From the IMG/VR virus record IMGVR_UViG_3300023314_000006, positions 1 through 33,627 of that record: a stretch of DNA of 33,627 bases; one strand, given 5' to 3'. The DNA is from a virus. Taxonomy: Duplodnaviria > Caudoviricetes. Below are positions 1-8,308 of this stretch, one piece after another (position 1 is the first letter of the stretch; every line of letters begins with the position of its first letter). Under the pieces are notes generated by a model, which had not been told where the DNA came from, ran no database searches, and saw nothing but the letters and a program-made list of their open reading frames with translations. Position numbers and translations under genes: made by a program.

Positions 1-1
1 C

Positions 2-622
2 ACTTTGATCTGATTTGTATTTTTTGCCGTGTTCAGTCTTCCTGTATTCTTTCCAGTTAACCCATAATTTCAGATATGTATCCGAGGTGAACGGGTGAAT
101 AACTTGGGGGGGGGCGGGGGGAGGGGGGGGCTGACTTGAGGGATTTGTTTTTGGTTGATCGGTTGGCTGTTGACCAAACTCCGCGCCTCCTTTCCCTTCC
201 TTTCCCTTCCTTTCCCTTCCTTTCCCTTCCCCTGCGATAAGAGTACTATCAAAAGTCTTTTTATAGTCTATTGAATTAACTGTTTGATATTCAGGTAATT
301 GAGATTCCTTTTCATTAAACTTGTCTATTTTTTGATGCTTAGTAAAATTCAATATCTGTATGCACTTTATTTCTATATCTTCGATAAAACCGACATACCT
401 TTTTATAAAATCGCTCTCATGAAGCTGAATAAGTGCAAAGTCTACATCGCATTCATCGTAAGGCAATATCTCTGCTTTTATCCTTTTTGGCCTATCCTCC
501 AATCTCCCTTCTCGGTCTGCATGGTTCCATAGACCAATGAATAAAAGCCGGTATATGGGATCAAGTTCGGCTAACTGCTCGTTTTTGAAAAACTCGGGTT
601 TAATGGTTCGTATTCTGGCCAT
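2..622 (-). CDS. Phage replication initiator protein, N-terminal part; runs off the left window edge
   Basis: Not in the ORF track. Manual translation from ATG at 622 is open to the edge: MARIRTIKPEFFKNEQLAELDPIYRLLFIGLWNHADREGRLEDRPKRIKAEILPYD...NFTKHQ...GEGKGRERKGKEGKG...WKEYRK. MARIRTIKPEF, LW..AD.EGR, F.KHQ and the EGKG linker are typical of this phage initiator family. Confidence 0.85.
   Translation of the reverse strand, partial: MARIRTIKPEFFKNEQLAELDPIYRLLFIGLWNHADREGRLEDRPKRIKAEILPYDECDVDFALIQLHESDFIKRYVGFIEDIEIKCIQILNFTKHQKIDKFNEKESQLPEYQTVNSIDYKKTFDSTLIAGEGKGRERKGKEGKGGAEFGQQPTDQPKTNPSSQPPPPPAPPQVIHPFTSDTYLKLWVNWKEYRKTEHGKKYKSDQS
189..230. repeat. Tandem 10-bp repeat (TTTCCCTTCC)x4 encoding the G/K/E/R linker of the initiator
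   Basis: Directly visible. Confidence 0.95.
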
Positions 623-641
623 GAGTTAAATTAAATAAAAA

Positions 642-720
642 ATCCCCGTTAAGGTTCAGGCCCGCCAGCCGTCACCCCAACAGGGATAAAATGTCTTACA
701 ATCAGCAATGGCGGTCGCTG
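642..720 (-). ncRNA. Putative structured leader RNA (two hairpins with complementary loops) upstream of the initiator
   Basis: Hairpin CAGCGA-CCGCCA-TTGCTG, then a 14-bp stem (with G-U pairs) capped by GGC-TGGCGG-GCC, then a T-rich tract. Confidence 0.6.
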
Positions 721-733
721 TTAAATTGTTACG

Positions 734-765
734 CTAAGTTACGAAAAACCATTCACGTGTGCAAA
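734..765 (-). promoter_or_regulatory. Bacteroidota sigma-A-type promoter
   Basis: TTTG-N20-TAACTTAG on the minus strand, a near match to TTTG/TAnnTTTG. Confidence 0.65.
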
Positions 766-895
766 TATTTTGTCTCAATTATATCCTATTGTTGCGACCG
801 GATCACGTTTCTTTTACAGCGAAAAAGATACTTGACCAATTAAAAAAACTGGCAACCAAATAGAAGAGTCGGTTAAAGAAGCTGCAAAGAAACCC

Positions 896-1216
896 CTATG
901 TGCATAGAATATCTATACCAAATTTCTTTTTCATAATTCTGGCTTTTTGTTTGAAAACAGCAGTTTTATACCCCTTGGCATCATTCACTACTTCTTTCCC
1001 CTGCCAATCTTTATATACAAAATCAGCCACGTAAGTAAGTTTGAACCCCGCCGCTTTATCCTCAACGAGTAGATATCGCACCTGTGTACGCAGCTCTGTT
1101 ATCTGTCCGGCATGTTCAGCCACTAACAGTGCTTTATACCTCATCATTTCACGGATAGACGGGAATTTCTTCCCGCCGAACTCACACCGCTTGTTTTTGT
1201 ATTTGGATTGCTTCAT
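896..1216 (-). CDS. DUF1064-family PD-(D/E)XK endonuclease
   Basis: SKYKNK...KFPSIRE..RY..L...L..Q..Y.L...YVADFVY...V.DAKGYKT. Confidence 0.85.
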   Translation of the reverse strand: MKQSKYKNKRCEFGGKKFPSIREMMRYKALLVAEHAGQITELRTQVRYLLVEDKAAGFKLTYVADFVYKDWQGKEVVNDAKGYKTAVFKQKARIMKKKFGIDILCT

Positions 1217-1228
1217 ATTATGATTTTA

Positions 1229-1537
1229 TCAGAACGGGAGATCATCTATAGCTTCATTACTTGGCGGCGTATAGCTTTGCCCCGCCGCAACGTTCTGAGC
1301 CGGGGGTGCCTGCTGCTGGTTATTAAATACAAACTCCTTCCCGCTGCCCAGATACTTTTTATCGGCCTTTGCAATCCGCTCATCCTTTGTCGGTGTCTGA
1401 TATACCGTATGGTCATTGCCGAACTGGTCTGGCTGCATCTTCTTGTCCACGGTCAGGTTGTAGTATTTTTGCCCGTTCTTGCCCGGTATTATTCGGCTCT
1501 TGTCAATTTTCGTTAGGTCAATGCTTATGTTTATCAT
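1229..1537 (-). CDS. Putative single-stranded DNA-binding protein
   Basis: INISIDLTKIDK...GKNGQKY...DQFGND, a Q/P-rich linker and acidic C-terminal DDLPF. Confidence 0.75.
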   Translation of the reverse strand: MINISIDLTKIDKSRIIPGKNGQKYYNLTVDKKMQPDQFGNDHTVYQTPTKDERIAKADKKYLGSGKEFVFNNQQQAPPAQNVAAGQSYTPPSNEAIDDLPF

Positions 1538-1564
1538 TATGTTGTTTTTGTGGCGTTATGCCGG

Positions 1565-2539
1565 TTAAAAAAGTGATGGAGCTTTTTGAAATCTTAGCTT
1601 ACATAGTTTCATATTCTCTATAGCCTGTTTAAAGTAGGTATCTTTAAGCTCTACACCTACTCCTTTTCGGCCTAAAGATACGGGGCTGTACACTTCACTG
1701 CCTACACCCATAAAAGGCGTAAATACGGTTTCTCCGGGGTTGCTGTATAGTTCAACACAACGGTCTATTACATCGAGTTGCAAGGGGTGTACATGCTTTT
1801 CATCGTCCTCATCTTTTGCATCACGGAACGGGAGTACGTTGTCTATCCTTATATCATCCCATACAGATGAGGCGTAACGCTGCCAGATGATGTGAGATAG
1901 TTTGTTTGTCTTAGGGTCTTGCCATCCTTCATAGTCTTTCTTTAGCTTTTCGTATGTACCGTATGTTTCAGTATGACCCTCTAAAAATGGTCGCTCACCA
2001 AAGTATTCGGTAAGACCTACAGGGTGTGTTACCGGAACTTCATTTACCCCGTTTCGCTTGAATATAAGCAGATAATCTGGCATGGCCGTAAAGCACTCTG
2101 TACTATCTTCTACTATCAGTTTGTGCATCAGTGACTTTACCATAGTACGCATACGAACTTTTAATGGCTCCTTCCATATGGTTACAGTATTCCGATGCGC
2201 AAACCCGTGTTTCTGATGCAGTTTTTTCACCTCATGCGGCAAGTCGTACATGTTACCGTCTTTGCCTATTATGTCAGTGATGTGAACGCAATTGATACGC
2301 CCCGGATTTGTGACCCTTGCCATTTCCTTTATAAGAAATTCATATTGCTCAAGGAATTGCTCTTTGCTTGTGCAATTACTAAAGTCGTTATCATGGCTAC
2401 TGTAATTATACAGACCTCCAAAAGGCGGAGAATATATAGACAGGTCAATAGACTTATCAGGAAGTGTAGGCAGTACGTACATGCAATCTCCTTCATAGAT
2501 CGCGTAATTGTCGGTTATTATTTGGTTTCTTACAGCCAT
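1565..2539 (-). CDS. Amino (N4-C/N6-A) DNA methyltransferase, beta arrangement
   Basis: Motif IV DLSIYSPPF, then HVHPLQ, then SAM-binding motif FTPFMGVGSE. Confidence 0.92.
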   Translation of the reverse strand: MAVRNQIITDNYAIYEGDCMYVLPTLPDKSIDLSIYSPPFGGLYNYSSHDNDFSNCTSKEQFLEQYEFLIKEMARVTNPGRINCVHITDIIGKDGNMYDLPHEVKKLHQKHGFAHRNTVTIWKEPLKVRMRTMVKSLMHKLIVEDSTECFTAMPDYLLIFKRNGVNEVPVTHPVGLTEYFGERPFLEGHTETYGTYEKLKKDYEGWQDPKTNKLSHIIWQRYASSVWDDIRIDNVLPFRDAKDEDDEKHVHPLQLDVIDRCVELYSNPGETVFTPFMGVGSEVYSPVSLGRKGVGVELKDTYFKQAIENMKLCKLRFQKAPSLF

Positions 2540-3888
2540 GATGGTGTTGATATTGATTTATTAAATGGTGATTGTTTTATTTCGTACTTGGCATTAAGGT
2601 TAGCATTAAGGCTGTTGAATAATTCATTTGCCTTTGTTGTTTTAACCTCTATAGATTTTAGCACCCTTGATTGACCGTTACTGCTTACCCTGTCTGCAAT
2701 TACTTCTTTTTGCTGTCCGTACCTCCAAAATCTGCGTATGGCCTGATACCATTTTTCATAGCTGAAATCAGGGAAATATACCGTATGGTTGCAGTGTTGC
2801 CAGTTAAGTCCGAATGCGGTTATAGTTGGCTTTGTGACCAGTTTTTTTATTTCTCCATTTGCGAATGCAAGTAGTATCTCTTCTTTTTTGTCGATGTGCA
2901 TACTACCTGTTATCTGTATCAGCGACTTATCCATCTTGCAAAGCGTTTCAGCCTCCGGGTTATAGTTCACCCAGAAAACTGATGTTTCGTGTTGCGTAGC
3001 CAGTGATATAGCTTTTTCGCACCGTTCATTTATTGTGGCTTTTTCTTCAAAAGATATTTCAGAACGGGTACGGGCTATCCTGTTGAATAGTTCTCCTGGT
3101 AAAGGCTTCCTGTTAAGTATTACGTGGTCATTAACTACCAATTCAGGCAAAGTAAATCCATCGTCACTAAATCCAAGGTCTGACGGTTTACGCATGGATA
3201 TACTCCATCCGCTTACCCACTCGAAAAACGCTTTTTTGGCATGACCTTTAAGTATCCATTCTGTTCCTATATGCTGCGGGCTTATCGTATCTTCATTATT
3301 GGTGAAGAACTTTGTGAGCATATCCGTGTATCCTAAGTAACCCAATGCCTCGGAGCTGGTACCCAACTCTGTAAAGTCATTAGGCGAGGGTGTAGCGGTG
3401 AACAGGTAGCGATATTTTACTTTCTTCAAAAAGGCGGTGATGCGTGTTTTTAGTTCCCCTTTGAAGTTTTTGAGTATGCTACTTTCATCGAGTATTACGC
3501 AATCAAAATCGCTTGGGTCAAAGTGCTGTAGCCGTTCGTAATTGGTAACTACTATTTTTGATTTGTACTTTCCATCCTTGCTATACTCGATATCGTCTAT
3601 CTCGAATTTGGCAGACTCTTTTATAAACTGAAAAGCAACTGCCAAAGGAGTAAGGATAAGAGCGGGCTTGTTGGTATGCCTGATGTAGTTTACCGCCGTG
3701 ACAAGCTCAATGATAGTTTTCCCGTGTCCTGTATCAAGAAAACATGCCGCCCTGCCTTTTTCTATAGCATAATTAGCCACGTACTTTTGTTGCGGGAATA
3801 ACTTGTCAGGAATATATAAGGCGGGTATTCCTTGCCGTCCTATGCTGTGCTTTTTTGTTTCTAAAAACTGTTCGTATGTTAGTCCCAT
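2530..3888 (-). CDS. SNF2-like superfamily 2 helicase
   Basis: Walker A DTGHGKT, Walker B ILDESS, TATPSPND, FGLNWQHC, QAIRRFWRYGQ. Confidence 0.9.
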   Translation of the reverse strand: MGLTYEQFLETKKHSIGRQGIPALYIPDKLFPQQKYVANYAIEKGRAACFLDTGHGKTIIELVTAVNYIRHTNKPALILTPLAVAFQFIKESAKFEIDDIEYSKDGKYKSKIVVTNYERLQHFDPSDFDCVILDESSILKNFKGELKTRITAFLKKVKYRYLFTATPSPNDFTELGTSSEALGYLGYTDMLTKFFTNNEDTISPQHIGTEWILKGHAKKAFFEWVSGWSISMRKPSDLGFSDDGFTLPELVVNDHVILNRKPLPGELFNRIARTRSEISFEEKATINERCEKAISLATQHETSVFWVNYNPEAETLCKMDKSLIQITGSMHIDKKEEILLAFANGEIKKLVTKPTITAFGLNWQHCNHTVYFPDFSYEKWYQAIRRFWRYGQQKEVIADRVSSNGQSRVLKSIEVKTTKANELFNSLNANLNAKYEIKQSPFNKSISTPSWL

Positions 3889-3899
3889 AAAATAAGAAA

Positions 3900-3978
3900 T
3901 GCCCGTTCTAACTTATCCATCTGGTACACGGAGTTTGTTATTACGGGCAAATGATTTTTAATGCAGTACCAGTGCATT
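3900..3978 (-). ncRNA. Putative structured leader RNA (two hairpins with complementary loops) upstream of the helicase
   Basis: Hairpin AATGCA-CTGGTAC-TGCATT, then interrupted stem TGCCCGT...TCCGT-GTACCAG-ATGGA...ACGGGCA, then a T-rich tract. Confidence 0.6.
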
Positions 3979-3987
3979 TTAGTTGTG

Positions 3988-4019
3988 CGAAGTTACGTCA
4001 TTAATACGGATATTTCAAA
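3988..4019 (-). promoter_or_regulatory. Bacteroidota sigma-A-type promoter
   Basis: TTTG-N20-TAACTTCG on the minus strand. Confidence 0.65.
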
Positions 4020-4262
4020 CCGCTTATTATCTTCCATGTACTTCTTTAGCTGCCCCTTGTTCGCGAATAAAAATTTGTTCTGCTTTACACCGTTAACTAT
4101 AGTGTGCGCTACGCCTCGGACCGGTGCAAATTTTTTCATACAATCTCTGTTGCAGAAAATAAAGTTACCTTTTGTCCGGCTTATGTGTGCAGGTGTGCGC
4201 TCAACTATTTTAAAGCAATTTGCGCATGTCGGGAATAGGAGTATCGGGCTGTCTGCGGTCAT
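3993..4262 (-). CDS. Small zinc-binding protein
   Basis: CANC...FCNRDC; ATGA overlap with the upstream gene. Confidence 0.6.
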   Translation of the reverse strand: MTADSPILLFPTCANCFKIVERTPAHISRTKGNFIFCNRDCMKKFAPVRGVAHTIVNGVKQNKFLFANKGQLKKYMEDNKRFEISVLMT

Positions 4263-5191
4263 CTTTTTTCGGCCATTATGACACCGTTATCGTGTCCGGT
4301 AAGGAGAGTGATGGAGTGGGTGCGGTTATCCGTGAACCTGCGCTCTTGCGCCTGTGCATATTCGTTAAGCCACTTACGACACTGTTCGATGCGCTTGTAT
4401 AGCCGCTCAATATCAGCATCATTTCGCTCAATGATAATTTCTATTACCCGCTCTTCTTTGGGTATGTCGTTGTATGTGCCGTTATGGTCTATCTCTTCGC
4501 AGGCCTTGATATACATTTCGCTGATGTTGTCGCCGCCTAACTTATACATTAGCTGCCTTTTCTCCTGCTCCAATAGTTCATTTGGGGTGTTGACCAGGCA
4601 GTAGGCCAACCGGAACACCTTAGCCCCTGTGAGCGCCATATATGACTGCCCTTGCCAGTAGTAGAGGTCGTCTATCTCTTCTACGGTCTTTGGAAGGAAC
4701 GTGTATAGATCCCATGAACTTTTAATGTCCACAATCTCATCGTAAACTATATCCGGCGTACCTTGTATATGGTCATTTGCGAAGTGCTGCTCATTTTTGA
4801 AAAACACCTCATCGCGAACCCTGCAATACAAGGTCATACTATCCTCTTCTACTGCCAGACCCTTAGTAATATACCTGTTGTTAATGCCTTTGTGCCTTTT
4901 GTATCGAGCGGCTGCATATACGTGTACAAGGTGCTTAATAGTGGTTTCTGATAGGCGTTGCTCGTCTTTGATGGCAGATAGGCGGTTTATCTCTTCGCAT
5001 ACCTTATTGATTTTTGCCAGTTTGTTTATTGCGGTCTTTGTTTCCTTGTTGGTCATGGCATCGTACTTTGCCTGCTCTACAACAAGTAGGTCGCATTGTT
5101 CATTGAACAACTGCAAATTACTTTTCCCCTTAGGCTCGGTCATTAAGTGACCCGTGGCGTGACTTCTGAATAAATGGGTATCAAAGTTCAT
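4259..5191 (-). CDS. YqaJ/lambda-exonuclease-like recombination nuclease
   Basis: FRSH..G.LMT, KG..VE, GTPD, DIKSSW, YYWQ.Q.YM.LTG; start taken at MNFDTH. Confidence 0.85.
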   Translation of the reverse strand: MNFDTHLFRSHATGHLMTEPKGKSNLQLFNEQCDLLVVEQAKYDAMTNKETKTAINKLAKINKVCEEINRLSAIKDEQRLSETTIKHLVHVYAAARYKRHKGINNRYITKGLAVEEDSMTLYCRVRDEVFFKNEQHFANDHIQGTPDIVYDEIVDIKSSWDLYTFLPKTVEEIDDLYYWQGQSYMALTGAKVFRLAYCLVNTPNELLEQEKRQLMYKLGGDNISEMYIKACEEIDHNGTYNDIPKEERVIEIIIERNDADIERLYKRIEQCRKWLNEYAQAQERRFTDNRTHSITLLTGHDNGVIMAEKR

Positions 5192-5195
5192 GGTG

Positions 5196-5906
5196 TTACT
5201 TTTTGAAGTTAGCAATAGCATCGCCTACGAGCATTTTGTATTTTTCGGGTACTTTAGCCTGTAGCGCGGTAAGGCGTTCTATAGTGTCGCAGTCCCCTAT
5301 CATGGTCATAACACGTTCAAGGTCTTTATCTACCGGCGGCGTAGGGTCTGTAATGTCCTGCACTTCTTCTACCGACTGCATACCCATGAGTATATCGGGG
5401 GCGTAAACCCTGCCAAAAAAAGCAGCGGAGCGGTACATCATCATTTGTTCCGGCATCGTCTTCCACTTGCTACCCCACCCTTCAGATGCAACCATAGCCA
5501 TAGTAACAAGTGTGCCTTGTAACTTATCACCTGTTGCTTTATCGGTGGCATAAGCACGACACTGCAACTTATCGCCTGCTCCTGACATGTCGAACCTTAG
5601 CGGGCTGAACCTGCCGCAGCTGTTGAGCATGGCAATAATGAAGCTGCCAGCCCAAGACGGCTTACCTTTAACTATGTACAGGTTCTGCATGACCATAAGC
5701 GGGCTTATGCCAAGCCTGTGCGACATCTCAAGAGCTACTATGCAGTTTGGAACGCTATTCCTGTACGCTTCAGGCACTATACTGGATGCAGACAATGCGG
5801 ATGCCTGCCTTTGCGCTAAGGCAAACTGTTCGCTGCCTGAAAACACGTTCTCTGTTTGCTGAACTAATTTAAGTTCGCTGTTCGTTGTTGCTACTTCTGT
5901 ACTCAT
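5196..5906 (-). CDS. RecT/Red-beta-like single-strand annealing protein
   Basis: VPEAYR...NC.VALEM..R.G.SP..VMQNLYIVKGKPSW...W...P.QM..YR; adjacent to the exonuclease. Confidence 0.8.
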   Translation of the reverse strand: MSTEVATTNSELKLVQQTENVFSGSEQFALAQRQASALSASSIVPEAYRNSVPNCIVALEMSHRLGISPLMVMQNLYIVKGKPSWAGSFIIAMLNSCGRFSPLRFDMSGAGDKLQCRAYATDKATGDKLQGTLVTMAMVASEGWGSKWKTMPEQMMMYRSAAFFGRVYAPDILMGMQSVEEVQDITDPTPPVDKDLERVMTMIGDCDTIERLTALQAKVPEKYKMLVGDAIANFKK

Positions 5907-6256
5907 TTCTTTATCATTTTTAGGTTAAAAATATTATTCCGTTCTGCCGTAAATACCATCCCTACATGTTCAAGTGTCACCCGTTGTATCTCATCAGCGA
6001 GTGGGCATATCTTCATTGAGCGTTGCAGGCGGTAAGACAGCGTTATATCTGCCTGTTGCTGTTCGTAGTGCAGTATCACGCAGTCGATGTCGTTATCGGC
6101 AACTGTAGCGAGGTCACATAGTCCGGCGGCGTAGTCCTCTGCATCTGCATTGTACCAGTAGCCACGACCCGTTACGGTCACTTCGGCTACCTTCTTCCCT
6201 GCATCCATTATCGGTGCGGTAAATGTTATCGGGCGTTCTTGGCGGGAGAGGGGCAT
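5903..6256 (-). CDS. Hypothetical protein
   Basis: 117-aa ORF, ATGA-coupled to the annealase gene. Confidence 0.7.
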   Translation of the reverse strand: MPLSRQERPITFTAPIMDAGKKVAEVTVTGRGYWYNADAEDYAAGLCDLATVADNDIDCVILHYEQQQADITLSYRLQRSMKICPLADEIQRVTLEHVGMVFTAERNNIFNLKMIKK

Positions 6257-6326
6257 GTTCGTGTTTTTATGCCAGCGGTGCTGACGGTGAGTTAAGTAGT
6301 GCGTAGCAGGCGCACCCCTGATGTGA

Positions 6327-6596
6327 TTAGTCTTTTACGAAAATAGTTGTGAATGAAACGGCGCCAATCGCTAATACATACTTTTCGATATTATAAGCCC
6401 TCTCAAGTATTTCGGCCATGCTCATGCGCTGGGCGGCGCATTTTCTAAGCTGAATATCTATAAGCCCTTCTACATCCGAATAGAACATCTTCAACTCATT
6501 GCTCAGTTCGTTCCTGTTGTTATACTTGAACTCAGCTATAAGCTTAACTGTTGATTTCGTCACTTTCTTATCCTGAAGGTTTAATGTCTGTGTCAT
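6327..6596 (-). CDS. Hypothetical protein
   Basis: Start moved to MTQTLN, downstream of the promoter at 6616-6645. Confidence 0.65.
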   Translation of the reverse strand: MTQTLNLQDKKVTKSTVKLIAEFKYNNRNELSNELKMFYSDVEGLIDIQLRKCAAQRMSMAEILERAYNIEKYVLAIGAVSFTTIFVKD

Positions 6597-6615
6597 GTTC
6601 TTTCGTTTTGTTACA

Positions 6616-6645
6616 CAAAGATAGGTAAATAAATCAAACCGCAAA
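6616..6645 (-). promoter_or_regulatory. Bacteroidota promoter
   Basis: TTTG-N18-TATCTTTG. Confidence 0.75.
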
Positions 6646-6659
6646 TTATTATTTGATTT

Positions 6660-6836
6660 TTATTCGAGTATTTTTTTGGCTATTTTCCGAGCCTCTTCTA
6701 TGCCGCCAAGTTTCTTTATCTGGTCTGCCTCGATATAAACCGTTACGGGGTTTTTCTTTTTACCTTCCGGCTTGGGCTTTGCGCCAGCCTTGCCTACGTG
6801 GCCTTTGTTGTTTACTCTGTTTCCTACGTTGCTCAT
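6660..6836 (-). CDS. Small basic putative DNA-binding protein (58 aa)
   Basis: Manual translation MSNVGNRVNNKGHVGKAGAKPKPEGKKKNPVTVYIEADQIKKLGGIEEARKIAKKILE; basic arm plus strand-helix-helix pattern; A-rich leader. Confidence 0.65.
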   Translation of the reverse strand: MSNVGNRVNNKGHVGKAGAKPKPEGKKKNPVTVYIEADQIKKLGGIEEARKIAKKILE

Positions 6837-6857
6837 GATTTGTTGTTGTTTGTTTAT

Positions 6858-7784
6858 TTAATCAGTACACCCGCCACTGTCGCAAGATGCTCCGCTTTCT
6901 CTTAGCATTTCTATAGTGTATGGTGTGTTTATTGCATGCTCTCCTATTTCTGCGTAGGTAGTCCGGCTGCCCAACCACGTGCCCATGCCTTTTGTTTCCT
7001 GCTGCGCAAACCAGTTCATTTTATCAGGCTGCGTATTCCACATTATAGCCAGCGTGTCCGGCTTTTTATGAAAACATCCAACGCAATTGCTTATTTCAGG
7101 AAATTCTATTTTTCGCTTAGTGTCGAAAAGTGTATCAGCGCCTACGTACTGCTCCCGCCAAAACTCTTTTATTATGCCGCTGGTTATGTTGTCTTTCACT
7201 AACGGGAATGTGCAAAATCTATAGTTGAAATCCTCATGGCGTTGCAGCCTATTCCCTTTTGTTGAGCATGATACGGGTATCTTAAAGTGTGTTGGATTGC
7301 CGTTCATGAAGTTCTCCATTCGCTCAAATTCATCGTATCTGAACCCTATCCGCATCTTACATTTTTCGCCTATCTCCTGCATCCACCAATAAAATATAGG
7401 CTCCAGTTTCATTTCCGTTGTACACCACCGCCTTCCCCATGACGGCAGCCGCTGCTGGTGCCCTAATGCTACTCTGTCTGCTTTCTTGTCGATAAGCGTG
7501 TCAAAACTTTTACCCCTTACCCACGTAATCTCTTTACCTAAGAATTGTTCAAGGTCGCGTAGCACTATGAGCGTCTTATCGTCCTCTGCCGTTGCGATAA
7601 ATTCGCCATATACACTTGCATACTTTTCTAATTTTGCATTTACATACTGCACCAGTGATTTATCTTTCGGTGTACATGCTGGGTCGTCTACGCATACCAG
7701 AGAAAATACCTCATAGTCGGCGGGGTACTTAGCAGCGAGATATGAAGATGTTTTACCGCCAGAAATAGAGTTTACGGTTTTCAT
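6858..7784 (-). CDS. PAPS-reductase-like / PP-loop protein with Cys clusters
   Basis: SISGGKTSSY PP-loop, RWCTTEMK, IGFRYDE..R, SNCVGCFHK, C-terminal CDSGGC. Confidence 0.8.
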   Translation of the reverse strand: MKTVNSISGGKTSSYLAAKYPADYEVFSLVCVDDPACTPKDKSLVQYVNAKLEKYASVYGEFIATAEDDKTLIVLRDLEQFLGKEITWVRGKSFDTLIDKKADRVALGHQQRLPSWGRRWCTTEMKLEPIFYWWMQEIGEKCKMRIGFRYDEFERMENFMNGNPTHFKIPVSCSTKGNRLQRHEDFNYRFCTFPLVKDNITSGIIKEFWREQYVGADTLFDTKRKIEFPEISNCVGCFHKKPDTLAIMWNTQPDKMNWFAQQETKGMGTWLGSRTTYAEIGEHAINTPYTIEMLRESGASCDSGGCTD

Positions 7785-7939
7785 ATAATTTTGATATTGC
7801 TATGTTTATTCAATGTTTTTACCGCTGTTCTTTCATCAAGTGTAGCAGCGTACACTTTTTTATTAGAATTGAAAAGGCAGAGCGTGTAATATTCGCCCTG
7901 CTTGCTCATTGTTCCTGATGTGAATGTTATCTTGTCCAT
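7781..7939 (-). CDS. Hypothetical protein
   Basis: MDKITFTSG... immediately after a promoter; ATGA-coupled to the next gene. Confidence 0.55.
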   Translation of the reverse strand: MDKITFTSGTMSKQGEYYTLCLFNSNKKVYAATLDERTAVKTLNKHSNIKII

Positions 7940-7943
7940 GCAG

Positions 7944-7973
7944 CAAAGATACAAAACAATTCCGCAAATCAAA
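7944..7973 (-). promoter_or_regulatory. Bacteroidota promoter
   Basis: TTTG-N18-TATCTTTG. Confidence 0.7.
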
Positions 7974-7975
7974 AT

Positions 7976-8308
7976 TTAATTTGAAATATTTTCAAGTCCG
8001 CTCATTCTCCTGTCTATCTCCCCCGGCAGTGCGGCAGTGTTCGTTTCGTTGTATACGTAGCTTGGTCGCTTGGTGTCGTAGTAGCGTAGCATGGTCTTGG
8101 TGGCGGCGGTACGTGCCAGTTCGTAGGATTTATCGGCCTCAATGTGTAAGTCCTTCATGGAGGCCACATAATCGCTGATTTGCGTGGTGCTTAGCGACAG
8201 GCACATAGCGGCCTCTGCGGCATCATTACAGCCTATCATCTGGTCGATGGCTGATAGTTGTATCTGTAGGTTGTATCTGGCCTGCTGTAGTAGTTCGGTG
8301 GGTGTCAT
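7976..8308 (-). CDS. Hypothetical helical protein
   Basis: Start MTPTELL, ATGA overlap with the upstream gene. Confidence 0.65.
   Translation of the reverse strand: MTPTELLQQARYNLQIQLSAIDQMIGCNDAAEAAMCLSLSTTQISDYVASMKDLHIEADKSYELARTAATKTMLRYYDTKRPSYVYNETNTAALPGEIDRRMSGLENISN

Noticed and set aside
70-252. 60-aa minus-strand ORF in the ORF track
   Set aside because: Alternate frame of the initiator gene; the real frame starts at 622 and runs off the edge
642-720. Structured intergenic regions (also 3900-3978 and 19990-20040) as tRNA genes
   Set aside because: No cloverleaf, no TTCRA T-loop in the right context and no acceptor stem
4259-5191. Nuclease as a CRISPR Cas4
   Set aside because: Lacks the four-Cys Fe-S pattern and sits beside a RecT-like gene, which fits YqaJ/lambda exonuclease
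6858-7784. Complete phosphorothioation or sulfate-assimilation pathway
   Set aside because: Only a lone PP-loop protein; partner genes are not in the window
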